Assembly (NCBI GenBank): GCA_000146465.1
Contig: CP001943.1
DNA: 64,000 nt
Reading direction: 5' to 3' (one strand)
Both the position numbers and the translations under genes were made by a program. The notes under the pieces are model-generated. The model was not told the DNA's origin, did not search any database, and saw only the letters and a program-made list of their open reading frames with translations. Positions within the stretch are counted from its first letter, which is position 1, and every line of letters begins with the position of its first letter. Below are positions 1 to 9,400 of the stretch, one piece after another.

Positions 1-1920
1 TCGAACTCCAGCGATGCATGCGACAAGCTTAAGTCGCTGTACTATGAACTGAATTCCAAGGGATGTGATCTGGACCCGGTTACATCTCTAAGTATTGAGA
101 TAATCCCGAACAAGACGAACAGAACTTTGACCATCAAGGATAATGGGATTGGGATGACGAAGCCGGACCTGATGAACTTCATCGGAACTATTGCAAGCAG
201 TGGAACCAAGAAGTTCCGAGAGGAGATGAAGGAGAAGGGGAATGCAGCAGATGCCTCCAACCTGATTGGGCAGTTTGGTCTTGGATTCTACTCGTCATAC
301 CTTGTAGCGGACAGGGTTGATGTGATAACAAAGCATCCTGAGGATGAGGCTCTTGTGTGGACATCTACTGGAAGAGATGTGTACACTATAGAAGAGTACA
401 CTGGAGATTCTTTCTCTCACGGAACATCATTGGTGCTTTATATCAAGGAGGGAGAGGAGGAATTCTTGGATCCAAAGAAGATTAGTGAGATAGTGAAGAA
501 GTACTCTCTGTTTGTGTTCTATCCAATATACACATATGTTGAGAAGGAGATTGAAGAGCCTTCTGAGGAAAAGGAAGAAGAGAAGGAAGAAAAAGCAACC
601 GAGGAAACAACTGAGCCAAAGGTTGAAGAGGCGAAGGAGAAGAGACTGAAGAAGGTTACACAGAGGGAGCAGATCAATGCGGAAAAGCCCTTGTGGAAGA
701 GAAATATAAAGGAAGTTCCCGAGGAGGAGCTGAAGAGCTTCTACAAGACGATTTCCGAGGACTGGGATGACTTCCTTGCAGTTGACTTCTGGCGTGTTGA
801 GGGGCTTCTATCGATTGATCTTCTTATGTTTATTCCGAAGAGAGCCAGGTTTGATATGTTCAACAGGAACAAGAAGAACAACAACATTAAGCTGTACTGT
901 AAGAATGTGTTTGTGACTGATGATTTCGGAGATTCTATTCCCGAGTGGATGTCGTTTGTCAGTGGTGTGATTGCTTCTGATGACATTCCTATGAACATCA
1001 GCCGAGAGATGATCCAGGGAACAAATGTAATGAAGCTTGTCAAGAAGATTCTTCCACAGAAGATTTTCGAGATGATTGGAAAGCTTGCCATGGATGCTGA
1101 GAAGTACAAGACTTTCTACAAGGAGTTTGGAAACTGCATCAAGATGGCGATTGGAGAGGCAAGCGAAGGACAGCAGGATGGCTATGCAAAATGTCTTCGA
1201 TATTTCACTACAAAGAGTGGAGAGGAGATGGTGTCTTTGGATACATATGTGGAGAGGATGGCAGCCAACCAGAAGCAGATCTATGTGATAACAGGGCTTG
1301 GAAAGGATCAGGTCAAATCAAATCCAGCTCTAGATGCATTCCAGAAGTACGAGGTAATCTACATGTACGATGTGATGGATGAGGTCATGCTCCGAGGACT
1401 CAAGAAATACAAGGGACATGCTATTCAGAGGATAACAAGTGAAGGAGTAGAGCTTCCCGAAGATGAAGAAAACAATGAGGAAATTGTCAAGTCGTTCGAG
1501 GAGTTCTGCAAGAAGGCAAAGGATCTTCTCTCAAACAAGGTGGAGAAAGTTACGGTGAATCCAAGGCTTGTGAGTGCACCGGCAGTTATCTCGACAACTA
1601 AGTACTCTCTATCTGGAACGATGGAAAACATAATGAGGTCCCAGCCTGTCACAGAGGCAAATCCGTTTGCAGCAATGACTGCAGTCAGCAAGAAGATCTT
1701 CGAGATGAATCCCCACCATAAACTTGTCAAGAATCTTAAGACACTTTTCGATAACAACGAAATTGAAAAGATGGGTAAGATGCTGGAGCTGTTCTTTGAG
1801 ACGGTTCTTATCCACAATGGATTCATGCTGTCAGATCCTAAGACATTCTGTGCCAATGTCTTTGAGTTCCTTTGCTCCTCGGAAGTAAAGAGTGAGGAGC
1901 TTGTGGAAGAGGTCCAGTGA
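1..1920 (+). CDS. HSP90: Cytosolic heat-shock protein 90, 5'-truncated by the window edge
   Basis: Frame-1 translation from nt 1 reads SDACDKLKSLYYELN...NRTLTIKDNGIGMTKPDLMNFIGTIASSGTK, the GHKL ATPase N-domain motifs. A middle domain and the charged linker EEPSEEKEEEKEEKATEE follow. The C-terminal domain ends ...EELVEEVQ*. Confidence 0.85.
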   Translation, partial: SNSSDACDKLKSLYYELNSKGCDLDPVTSLSIEIIPNKTNRTLTIKDNGIGMTKPDLMNFIGTIASSGTKKFREEMKEKGNAADASNLIGQFGLGFYSSYLVADRVDVITKHPEDEALVWTSTGRDVYTIEEYTGDSFSHGTSLVLYIKEGEEEFLDPKKISEIVKKYSLFVFYPIYTYVEKEIEEPSEEKEEEKEEKATEETTEPKVEEAKEKRLKKVTQREQINAEKPLWKRNIKEVPEEELKSFYKTISEDWDDFLAVDFWRVEGLLSIDLLMFIPKRARFDMFNRNKKNNNIKLYCKNVFVTDDFGDSIPEWMSFVSGVIASDDIPMNISREMIQGTNVMKLVKKILPQKIFEMIGKLAMDAEKYKTFYKEFGNCIKMAIGEASEGQQDGYAKCLRYFTTKSGEEMVSLDTYVERMAANQKQIYVITGLGKDQVKSNPALDAFQKYEVIYMYDVMDEVMLRGLKKYKGHAIQRITSEGVELPEDEENNEEIVKSFEEFCKKAKDLLSNKVEKVTVNPRLVSAPAVISTTKYSLSGTMENIMRSQPVTEANPFAAMTAVSKKIFEMNPHHKLVKNLKTLFDNNEIEKMGKMLELFFETVLIHNGFMLSDPKTFCANVFEFLCSSEVKSEELVEEVQ

Positions 1921-1993
1921 ATCTTATTAAATAATTCTCTCAACACTTGTAACATTTGTGTTTCTGTTAATTGGCCCAAAAAAATTGCTGGGG

Positions 1994-4504
1994 ATGGAAG
2001 TGAAATTATGCGAAGATGCTTGGAAAGTTCTAAGTGCAATAAAGCAGACAATTGTTTCGGAAAGAATGAAAGATACGCCAGAGAACGTTACGGAGGCAGC
2101 GATTGAGACGTTTCTGGAGATGAGCCGAAGAAATGATCATTCGAAAGTGGAAGAGCTTCTTCAGATAATCCTGGCACATAAGAACTACATCACCGAGAAA
2201 AGTAGCACAGAGCTTGTGAGAAGAATTCTTCTCTCCTTTAAGGAGAAGAAGGTTTATCTCCAAGGACTCCGGGTAATCAAGCATTTTGTGAAAAGCGGGA
2301 GATATCACATGTCGCACTTCAAGATTCTTGTCGAAGACTGTTTTGGCCGGAAGTCACTAAAAACAAGGTCTGTGGAACTTGCAAAGAGATATCTGGAACT
2401 TGAGGAGTTTAGAAAGGAACTTCTAGGGTATATATCGAAGCTCGAAGGAACCGACTTGATAAGACACATCAACTGTTTCTTCGACTCTATTGCAGATGGA
2501 ATTGATGTTGTAGAGAAACTTGACTCATTTGTGAATCCGGATGTTTTTGAGGGGATGGAGACCGGCGAGGCAAGGGCACTGTACTCTGAATGCTGTGATA
2601 TGCTCTACAAATATACGTTGATGGAGATGGAGGTTGGAATTCCGGATGAAAAGGTTTTTGAATACATAGTGAAGAAGCTTCAGATCCTGTTTGAAATTCC
2701 TTTTCCCAGGGGAGGAAAGCTCTTGGAAACTCTTTCATTACTTGCAGAAAAGGACTTGGTTGTTTCTTTAAGGAGCAAGCAGCATTTGATGAGATGGGAT
2801 AAGAATCTGAAGAGAGAGGTTGTGAAAGAGCTCTGTGAGTCGAATTTGAAGAATGACAAAATATACGAGTTTATAAGATCTGTAAGGCACGTCCTTGTTC
2901 CCGAGTTCATGGATCTAATAAGACACATGGCAAGGAACTTTGTGGAAGGAGATGATAAATATCGATTTGCCCTTGGGGCAGTAGCAGGAATTATAGGAAT
3001 CGAGGATCTATTTCTGGTACTAGAAGACATGGAAATAGAGATTAGGACATGGGCACCAATTATCCGATGTTCTTCAAATGGAGACATATCGTTTTTCATA
3101 AAGATTCTCCGGGATGTGGAGGAAAGAAAAGGTGTGGAATCTATCGACAGAACGATTCTCTTGAACTGTATTCCTGCATTCTGCAACTATGCAACTGATC
3201 GTACGGGTTCAATTGAAGGTCTCCTACAAATCATGAAAGCCAACCTAGGGAATTCAAACGTTTTTAATTCGATATGCACAGGACTAAGGAAGTTGATGCA
3301 TTCCCACGAGAACAACATCAAGAACAACTTGATTCTTCGAAACCCGATTCCTCCTGGGGAGTCGGAGAGAATCCTCCACTCAATCAGGAAATCCGAGATT
3401 GCTTTGGACATTCTTTCTGTAGGAATTGGGAAGTGCTCTGATGAGCTGGATCAGACATTGTTCAAGCTACTGGAAACCGATGATTTTGGACTATCGAGCA
3501 GGATATTCCAGTATATCCTACTCTACCCTCAGATTGAGTCTGTTACAGTCGGAAAGTGGAATCTATCGGGGATTTCGGATGTAATGAAGGTTGCAAGGTA
3601 CTTTGTTCCAAAGATGAACAGCGATTTCGAGATTTATAGCAAGCTCATGGAGTTCTGTCTTTCTGAGGACGGGGGAGCACAGAAAAGAGCATATCAGCTT
3701 CTGTATCACATGAAGAAGCATCAAAAGATTGATCTGTGCATCTGCGACACTTTATTTTCCCACGAAACCGATGAGAAGACAAAGGACTGCTCCCAGAAAT
3801 GGAGGATTGCTCTTATTTATTCTGTTTATACAGTCGGATGCAAATGCTTTTCCGAGCGGAAGAAAGAATATCTCAACAGGATGCTTCCAGTGCTTGTGCT
3901 AGGTCTGAAGACAGGAAATGCTAAGGCCCGAAAGGTTTGTCAGGAAAATTTGGATGAACTTGTATCTGGGTTTTCATCTTCCGAATTTGATTTCTATTGT
4001 AGGCTAATGGTTGCAGGAACAGCATCGGAAAATGTAGTTCTCAGATGCGGAATACTGGAAGCCTCTGTTGCACTAATAGAGAGCCACAGAGAAAGACTTT
4101 CCCAAGAATTCATCCAGTCGATGTACGATGGCTGCCTCTCGACAAGTAGACTAGGAAGGGAAACTGTTCCCCATGTTCTCAAATTCTTAAATATCCTTGT
4201 TAGCACCTATGCAGTGAACCCTCAGGGATGTCTGGAAGTTTTAGAGCTATATGCAGACAAATTCAAAAGAAGATATGCAGAAGACGTCAAGTCGATTGTA
4301 TCAAGACTGATTAGAAGAGATGTGGAGATCCCCAAGAGTCTCCGCCTTTTCTTGAAGGAAAGAAAAAGAAAAGGTCCTCGGGCAACCTTACAGATAACGA
4401 AGAAAAACAACGTGATGATCACACAAGGAAAACAGAAACAGGAGAGCATTCCGTTTTCGGGCCACAGAAGAACCGTCAAGCGGAACAAGAGACACAAGAA
4501 ATAA
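1994..4504 (+). CDS. Large alpha-helical (HEAT/ARM-like) protein with a lysine/arginine-rich C-terminal tail; possibly RRP12-like nucleolar pre-ribosome export factor
   Basis: 837-aa ORF. The track start is GTG at 1958, and the first ATG (MEVKLCEDAW) is at 1994, preceded by ggCCCaaaaaaattgctGGGG. Repetitive helical segments and a 'QKRAYQLL' segment recall RRP12; that resemblance is from memory, with no alignment. The basic tail is KERKRKGPRATL...KRNKRHKK. Confidence 0.3.
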   Translation: MEVKLCEDAWKVLSAIKQTIVSERMKDTPENVTEAAIETFLEMSRRNDHSKVEELLQIILAHKNYITEKSSTELVRRILLSFKEKKVYLQGLRVIKHFVKSGRYHMSHFKILVEDCFGRKSLKTRSVELAKRYLELEEFRKELLGYISKLEGTDLIRHINCFFDSIADGIDVVEKLDSFVNPDVFEGMETGEARALYSECCDMLYKYTLMEMEVGIPDEKVFEYIVKKLQILFEIPFPRGGKLLETLSLLAEKDLVVSLRSKQHLMRWDKNLKREVVKELCESNLKNDKIYEFIRSVRHVLVPEFMDLIRHMARNFVEGDDKYRFALGAVAGIIGIEDLFLVLEDMEIEIRTWAPIIRCSSNGDISFFIKILRDVEERKGVESIDRTILLNCIPAFCNYATDRTGSIEGLLQIMKANLGNSNVFNSICTGLRKLMHSHENNIKNNLILRNPIPPGESERILHSIRKSEIALDILSVGIGKCSDELDQTLFKLLETDDFGLSSRIFQYILLYPQIESVTVGKWNLSGISDVMKVARYFVPKMNSDFEIYSKLMEFCLSEDGGAQKRAYQLLYHMKKHQKIDLCICDTLFSHETDEKTKDCSQKWRIALIYSVYTVGCKCFSERKKEYLNRMLPVLVLGLKTGNAKARKVCQENLDELVSGFSSSEFDFYCRLMVAGTASENVVLRCGILEASVALIESHRERLSQEFIQSMYDGCLSTSRLGRETVPHVLKFLNILVSTYAVNPQGCLEVLELYADKFKRRYAEDVKSIVSRLIRRDVEIPKSLRLFLKERKRKGPRATLQITKKNNVMITQGKQKQESIPFSGHRRTVKRNKRHKK

Positions 4505-4576
4505 AACTTCATTTAATTTTGGTCTTCAAAATAATTCTATCTGTTTTTTTATTTATCTCTTCTGTAGCACTAGAAG

Positions 4577-6388
4577 TCATGCATAGGACCGTACAAAGTT
4601 AAGCTCCTCGTCAAAACTGTCATCGTAGTCCATTGTTGGAGCCTCCATTCCGATGCTTTCGCAGAAATTAGTAAAAAGGATCTTTAGGTCGAGAGATTCC
4701 TCCTTGTTTACGCAATCTCTGAGTACAGAGAAGTATTGTCTTTGCATGTCTATAGGCATTTTTTGGAGGAGCATCATGGCAATCTTGCATCTAAAGGATG
4801 CACCCACCTTAAGCTGAAGTGCCCTGTCAACAAGATAAGCCCAAGTATCTTTATTCTCAAGCAGCATTAGGCTTGAGTACAGCCTTGCAAGGGAAATAGA
4901 CTTGTGTTTCGAATATCCATACATAATCTCTATGCTAGGAATTATTACATTCATCACTTGCATGCTTATCTCGGCCTTGTGCACAACAGAAGCCAGAAAG
5001 TCAATATCCTCAAAAACCCATGGATGCAGAAAGATCGACATAAGTGTGGCCTTGCTCTTGATAAGACAAGACCAAAGTAAAGAGTCTCCGTCAAAGGCCT
5101 CCTTCCTGAAAAAGTATCTGAAAAATCCTGTGTAATCTGCACAGAGTATAGATTGGGAAGGGGAAAAGAGTCTTGAGAGACAGTTGTTTACATGTACAAA
5201 GTCTACCTTCGAAGCCCTGTAGTTCCTGATTCTTTCTATAAACTCGCGAATTCTATGGCTGGTTGCCTCGTTCAAGAGGAAATACCGTCCTATCCCATTG
5301 AGACACATACAGTATGCTTCAATGTTCTTGGTCTTGAAGAGATAATCCAAGAGCCCAAACATCTCATCAGAAGAAACCTCTCTGAACTTACACATCTCGG
5401 ATATAAGTAAGCAATTCGATATCACATCGTTGTGGCTTGGGTTCTTTGCCTGATATATTTCTCTGAAGAGAACTGCTACAACTTTTCTTGCAACAGCTCC
5501 CATGTTTTTAAGTATCCTGGCTATGCTTGATATGAAGTTAGGGTTGAGCTTCAACTGCATAAGCATGAAAACAACCTCCTTCTGGTTGTTTACGTTTTTT
5601 ATGGATTTCGATAATGCATCCAACTTCTCTGTATCTCCAGAATGCATAATGATGTAGTCCCTTATCTCTTTTATGTCCAGGCCCCCATCATAACATTCCA
5701 ATGAGGCAGTACGCCCGGTGTAATAGTGGAACTCCTCGTTCTCCACATCGGCCATCTTCTTAAGGTCATATCCCTCGTCACACACCTTTATCCCAAGAGA
5801 CCTTGCTACAACATCAAGCCTCCCACCCCTGTCTTCACTAGTCTGCGGATCTATCCTTTTAGCTTGGTTAGAAACCTCTGCTTGGCTTAGTTCATCCTTA
5901 TAGTTTTCCATTATGTATCCGAGAAAGAGGATTCTAGGTTTTTCACTTATCTTGTTGCATAGATCTCTGATCAGATTTTCTCTTCTCTCCTCTTTATCCA
6001 CAGTCCTTCTTGATAGAGTCTGCAAATCAAAGAAAAAGGCTGCAAGCCAGTACTTCTCCGTCTCCTCAATTCCATGATTTATGATCTTTCCTAATTCCGA
6101 CATCAACAGCCTCATGAAGTCGCTGCATGATGTAAGTGCAGACGTCACCCGGACAACACTCTTGATGTCGTCTGTAGATTGTACTTTTGATAGAAGTATC
6201 GAAGTAACTATCTCGGAGGTGAACTTGCTCATGTCTTCCTTCTCAAGATCACTTTTAATCGCTTCTACACTTTCTGAATTTATGTTTTTAAGCTTCTTTA
6301 TGATCGAAAGCTTTTTTCTAAGCGGAGAGTTTCTCTTTCTTTCTGTATAAGGAACTCCCAAAGCCATAAGCTCATCTTCCCAATTCAT
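4577..6388 (-). CDS. Hypothetical alpha-helical repeat protein, possibly MIF4G-like (candidates CWC22, Upf2 or NOM1)
   Basis: 603-aa ORF with an ATG start. CCCttctATG lies upstream on the minus strand. All-helical repeat architecture, but I recognise no signature motif. Confidence 0.2.
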   Translation of the reverse strand: MNWEDELMALGVPYTERKRNSPLRKKLSIIKKLKNINSESVEAIKSDLEKEDMSKFTSEIVTSILLSKVQSTDDIKSVVRVTSALTSCSDFMRLLMSELGKIINHGIEETEKYWLAAFFFDLQTLSRRTVDKEERRENLIRDLCNKISEKPRILFLGYIMENYKDELSQAEVSNQAKRIDPQTSEDRGGRLDVVARSLGIKVCDEGYDLKKMADVENEEFHYYTGRTASLECYDGGLDIKEIRDYIIMHSGDTEKLDALSKSIKNVNNQKEVVFMLMQLKLNPNFISSIARILKNMGAVARKVVAVLFREIYQAKNPSHNDVISNCLLISEMCKFREVSSDEMFGLLDYLFKTKNIEAYCMCLNGIGRYFLLNEATSHRIREFIERIRNYRASKVDFVHVNNCLSRLFSPSQSILCADYTGFFRYFFRKEAFDGDSLLWSCLIKSKATLMSIFLHPWVFEDIDFLASVVHKAEISMQVMNVIIPSIEIMYGYSKHKSISLARLYSSLMLLENKDTWAYLVDRALQLKVGASFRCKIAMMLLQKMPIDMQRQYFSVLRDCVNKEESLDLKILFTNFCESIGMEAPTMDYDDSFDEELNFVRSYA

Positions 6389-6447
6389 AGAAGGGACTTT
6401 CCTCCCAAAGGATTTATTACACTGGGGGCTTCTTGAAGCCCTTGGAC

Positions 6448-9400
6448 ATGAACCGGAACTATTTGAAGAACCTCTATCTCCAGCAACTCGAATCGGAACG
6501 GTATTCAGATGTATTCCGAGAAAGCCTACATAGCCTAGTGTCTGTGGAAATAATGAATACCGTTATACTCTTGGCTGTTAAGGATGATGACGAGGATGCA
6601 CTCATCGATCTTCTGGAGTTGTTTCTGCAACATCTAGAGACCAACCCTATATTTTATGAGAAACTTGGGAAATCAAACCTTCACTTACTTCTGTTGGAAC
6701 GTCCACTGAGGATGCAGAGCTACACAAAACTAAAGTTGGTTTATGATAAGGTTAGGCCCAAGAGAACTCCACTAAGCTTTGAGCATACAGAGTTTCTCGC
6801 CAAAAACTTTTACAATTACTGTCTCTACAAGTACGCATACAATGATTATCAGTTCGACCTTGAGATGTCTGTGGAAGGATTTGGGCCGGTGGAGATGAAT
6901 TTGTTCAAAGATCTCCTTAGGAAGATATGCATTGAAAATAGAGAGAACGAGCATCTTGCTAATTATGTAAGAACTCTTCCCATGGACACAAATGTCTTTC
7001 TTGCTATAGTGGAGCCGGATTTCAAGGTAGATGCATCGAAGCTTGAGCCAGAGGATTTATTTGTTGTGTACCCAGCTCAGGTCCAAAGATGTAACCTGGG
7101 CTTGTTTACAAAGCCATTTCTTTGCAGTTTGAACTCTAAGGAGGGTCTTTGCAGAGTTTGTGGGAGAAGAGTTCTAGAATACCACTTTGAGGAGATCGAC
7201 CACGAAGAATACCTGGAAAGTATAGCAGGAAATATCAAAGAGATATGTTTTGCTGTAAGTCATTGGGAAAAGGCCAGAACGCCTCGGGTGCTTATAACTG
7301 TTCTCAGGTCTCTGTTCAAAGGATGCGAAGATCTCGAATGTTACAAATCCCTAAAGTACTTTCCGGTGAAAGAGGAGAGCGATATGGAGGATATAGTTGT
7401 AAAGTTCTTAAGATATGCAGCAAGCACATTGAACATTGAGAACATCCAGGTATCCCTCAGGATGCTTCCGTTTACAAGCCACACCCCAAAAGTAATATTT
7501 TCATACTTTGTTATTTTATTTGAAAGCTTACGAAAGTATCCGGAAAATGGGTTTTTGAGAAGCATAGTAAAGAATGTGGTGATGAGGAACAAGGACAAAT
7601 TTATGAAGATAAGAGCAATGATATTTGAATACTATATGAAGGGGGACGAAGAGTCGGTGTTTGACATTCCAAATAGAGAAAAAGAGGGAAGAGGCTTGAA
7701 GGATGGAAAGGACTTTAATACAAGCATAAGCGATAGACTTGAACGTAGACTTGCACCGTTGTCTGAATTCTTCAGCGAGGAGTGCGGATCTTTCGTTAAA
7801 AACAACATGTTCTACATATATCCTATCATATACTCACTATGGCTTCCTCGTTGCACCCAGGATCTTGGATTTACTCAGGCAAATAACCACTTTCTAGTAA
7901 TATCGCTTTGCCTCCAAGGGGAAGAAAGCAGAATAGATGAAATAGGATATGAAAAAGACGAACTGTATGGAATGGGGGTTGATGTAATTGTTCCCCTTTT
8001 GTGCAACGGATACTTCAAATATGATATTCTGGAAAGGTTTTTTGGGGATACTCGGAAGTATATAAGCATCCACTTACCGAAGTTTTTATTTGCATTGAAG
8101 AAGGTGTATGTAGAAAGACCTTTTGAGTTTCGAGTATGTGTGTTTAAGGTTCTGAAGTGCATTATAGATGCAATTTCCAACAATGTGAAGATGTTGTTCA
8201 ACTATCTATTTCCGTTTGTGGAGTTCTTTATGAGAAAACATGAAGACTCGTGTGGAATGGATTGCAAGATGATTTTCATTGAGTATTATTCATCATTTTT
8301 TGAGAACGATTGTTTTATCCGAAACATGCCCAGGATATTTCCATATTTAGACGTTGAAAAGATAGTGAAGTGGAGCAATGCAAAGAATGAGGAAGACTAC
8401 CTGGATATAGTCCTTGGGCTTTTGAACACCAAAGGGCACTTTTCACAGGAAATGGCCACCTCTAAAGCGGTGGAACTTCTTACAAGGGTCTTTGGAAGTA
8501 TAGATAAAGATGGAGTGCTTGATGAAGAAAGCTTTGTGGAAAACATTCTTACCCGATTCTTTAAGAGCCCTACGTTTAGAATTAAGGTTGGGAGTATCTA
8601 CAGGCGACTTAGAGAAGTGGAAAGTGATGCAGCATTCCTGATTGGATGTATATCACAGGAGTTTCTGGAACCAGAGATCCATCCCTCTGTCTGTGACGTT
8701 CCTATTATGGGGAATACTCCGGAAGCAATTGCTAGAGTGATGATTGAAAGGTATCTACTCGAGATAGATCCTGGAAAACAAGATCTTCATTTTTTCATAA
8801 TACAGGAGACTTTAAAGTTTATTAGAGGGCCTTTAAGCGACAGTATAGAAGAAGTTGTTGATCAGTTTAGAAACACACAGTATCTCTATGAGCACGTGCC
8901 TACATATTCAACGGAGAAGTTGTATGAAAAGACACATACATTTAAGAAGTTCCTCGAAAGGCTGTATCGGCACACCCTCTCAGAAGTTGAAAGGAGGAAC
9001 AAAAAGGAATATTTTAATCTTCTTAGATATGGAGATCTGCTTGGGATTCCGTTTCTGGAGTTCCATTGCTTGTCCCTGTGCAGGCTACTTCTAGATTCGG
9101 GAGACAGCAGAGTTGCAGGGATTGCACAGAATATATCCCAGGACCTCGAGGGGGGAGTGGACAGAAAGATTGCAAGGTTTGTTCTGAAACTACACAGGTT
9201 CACAGAAGGGAAGTATGTTCCAGATCTTGTGATACTCAGGATATCTATTTTTCTCAAGGACCATTATAACGCTATCCAGGTTTTAGAGAAGATGATAAGA
9301 AAAGAAAGGAGAAGGGATCTCTTTGATCTCCTCCAATACAACTACTATTGGATCAAGGACTATGACAAAGTACTAGGAATAAACTCGGTATTTGGGAGAC

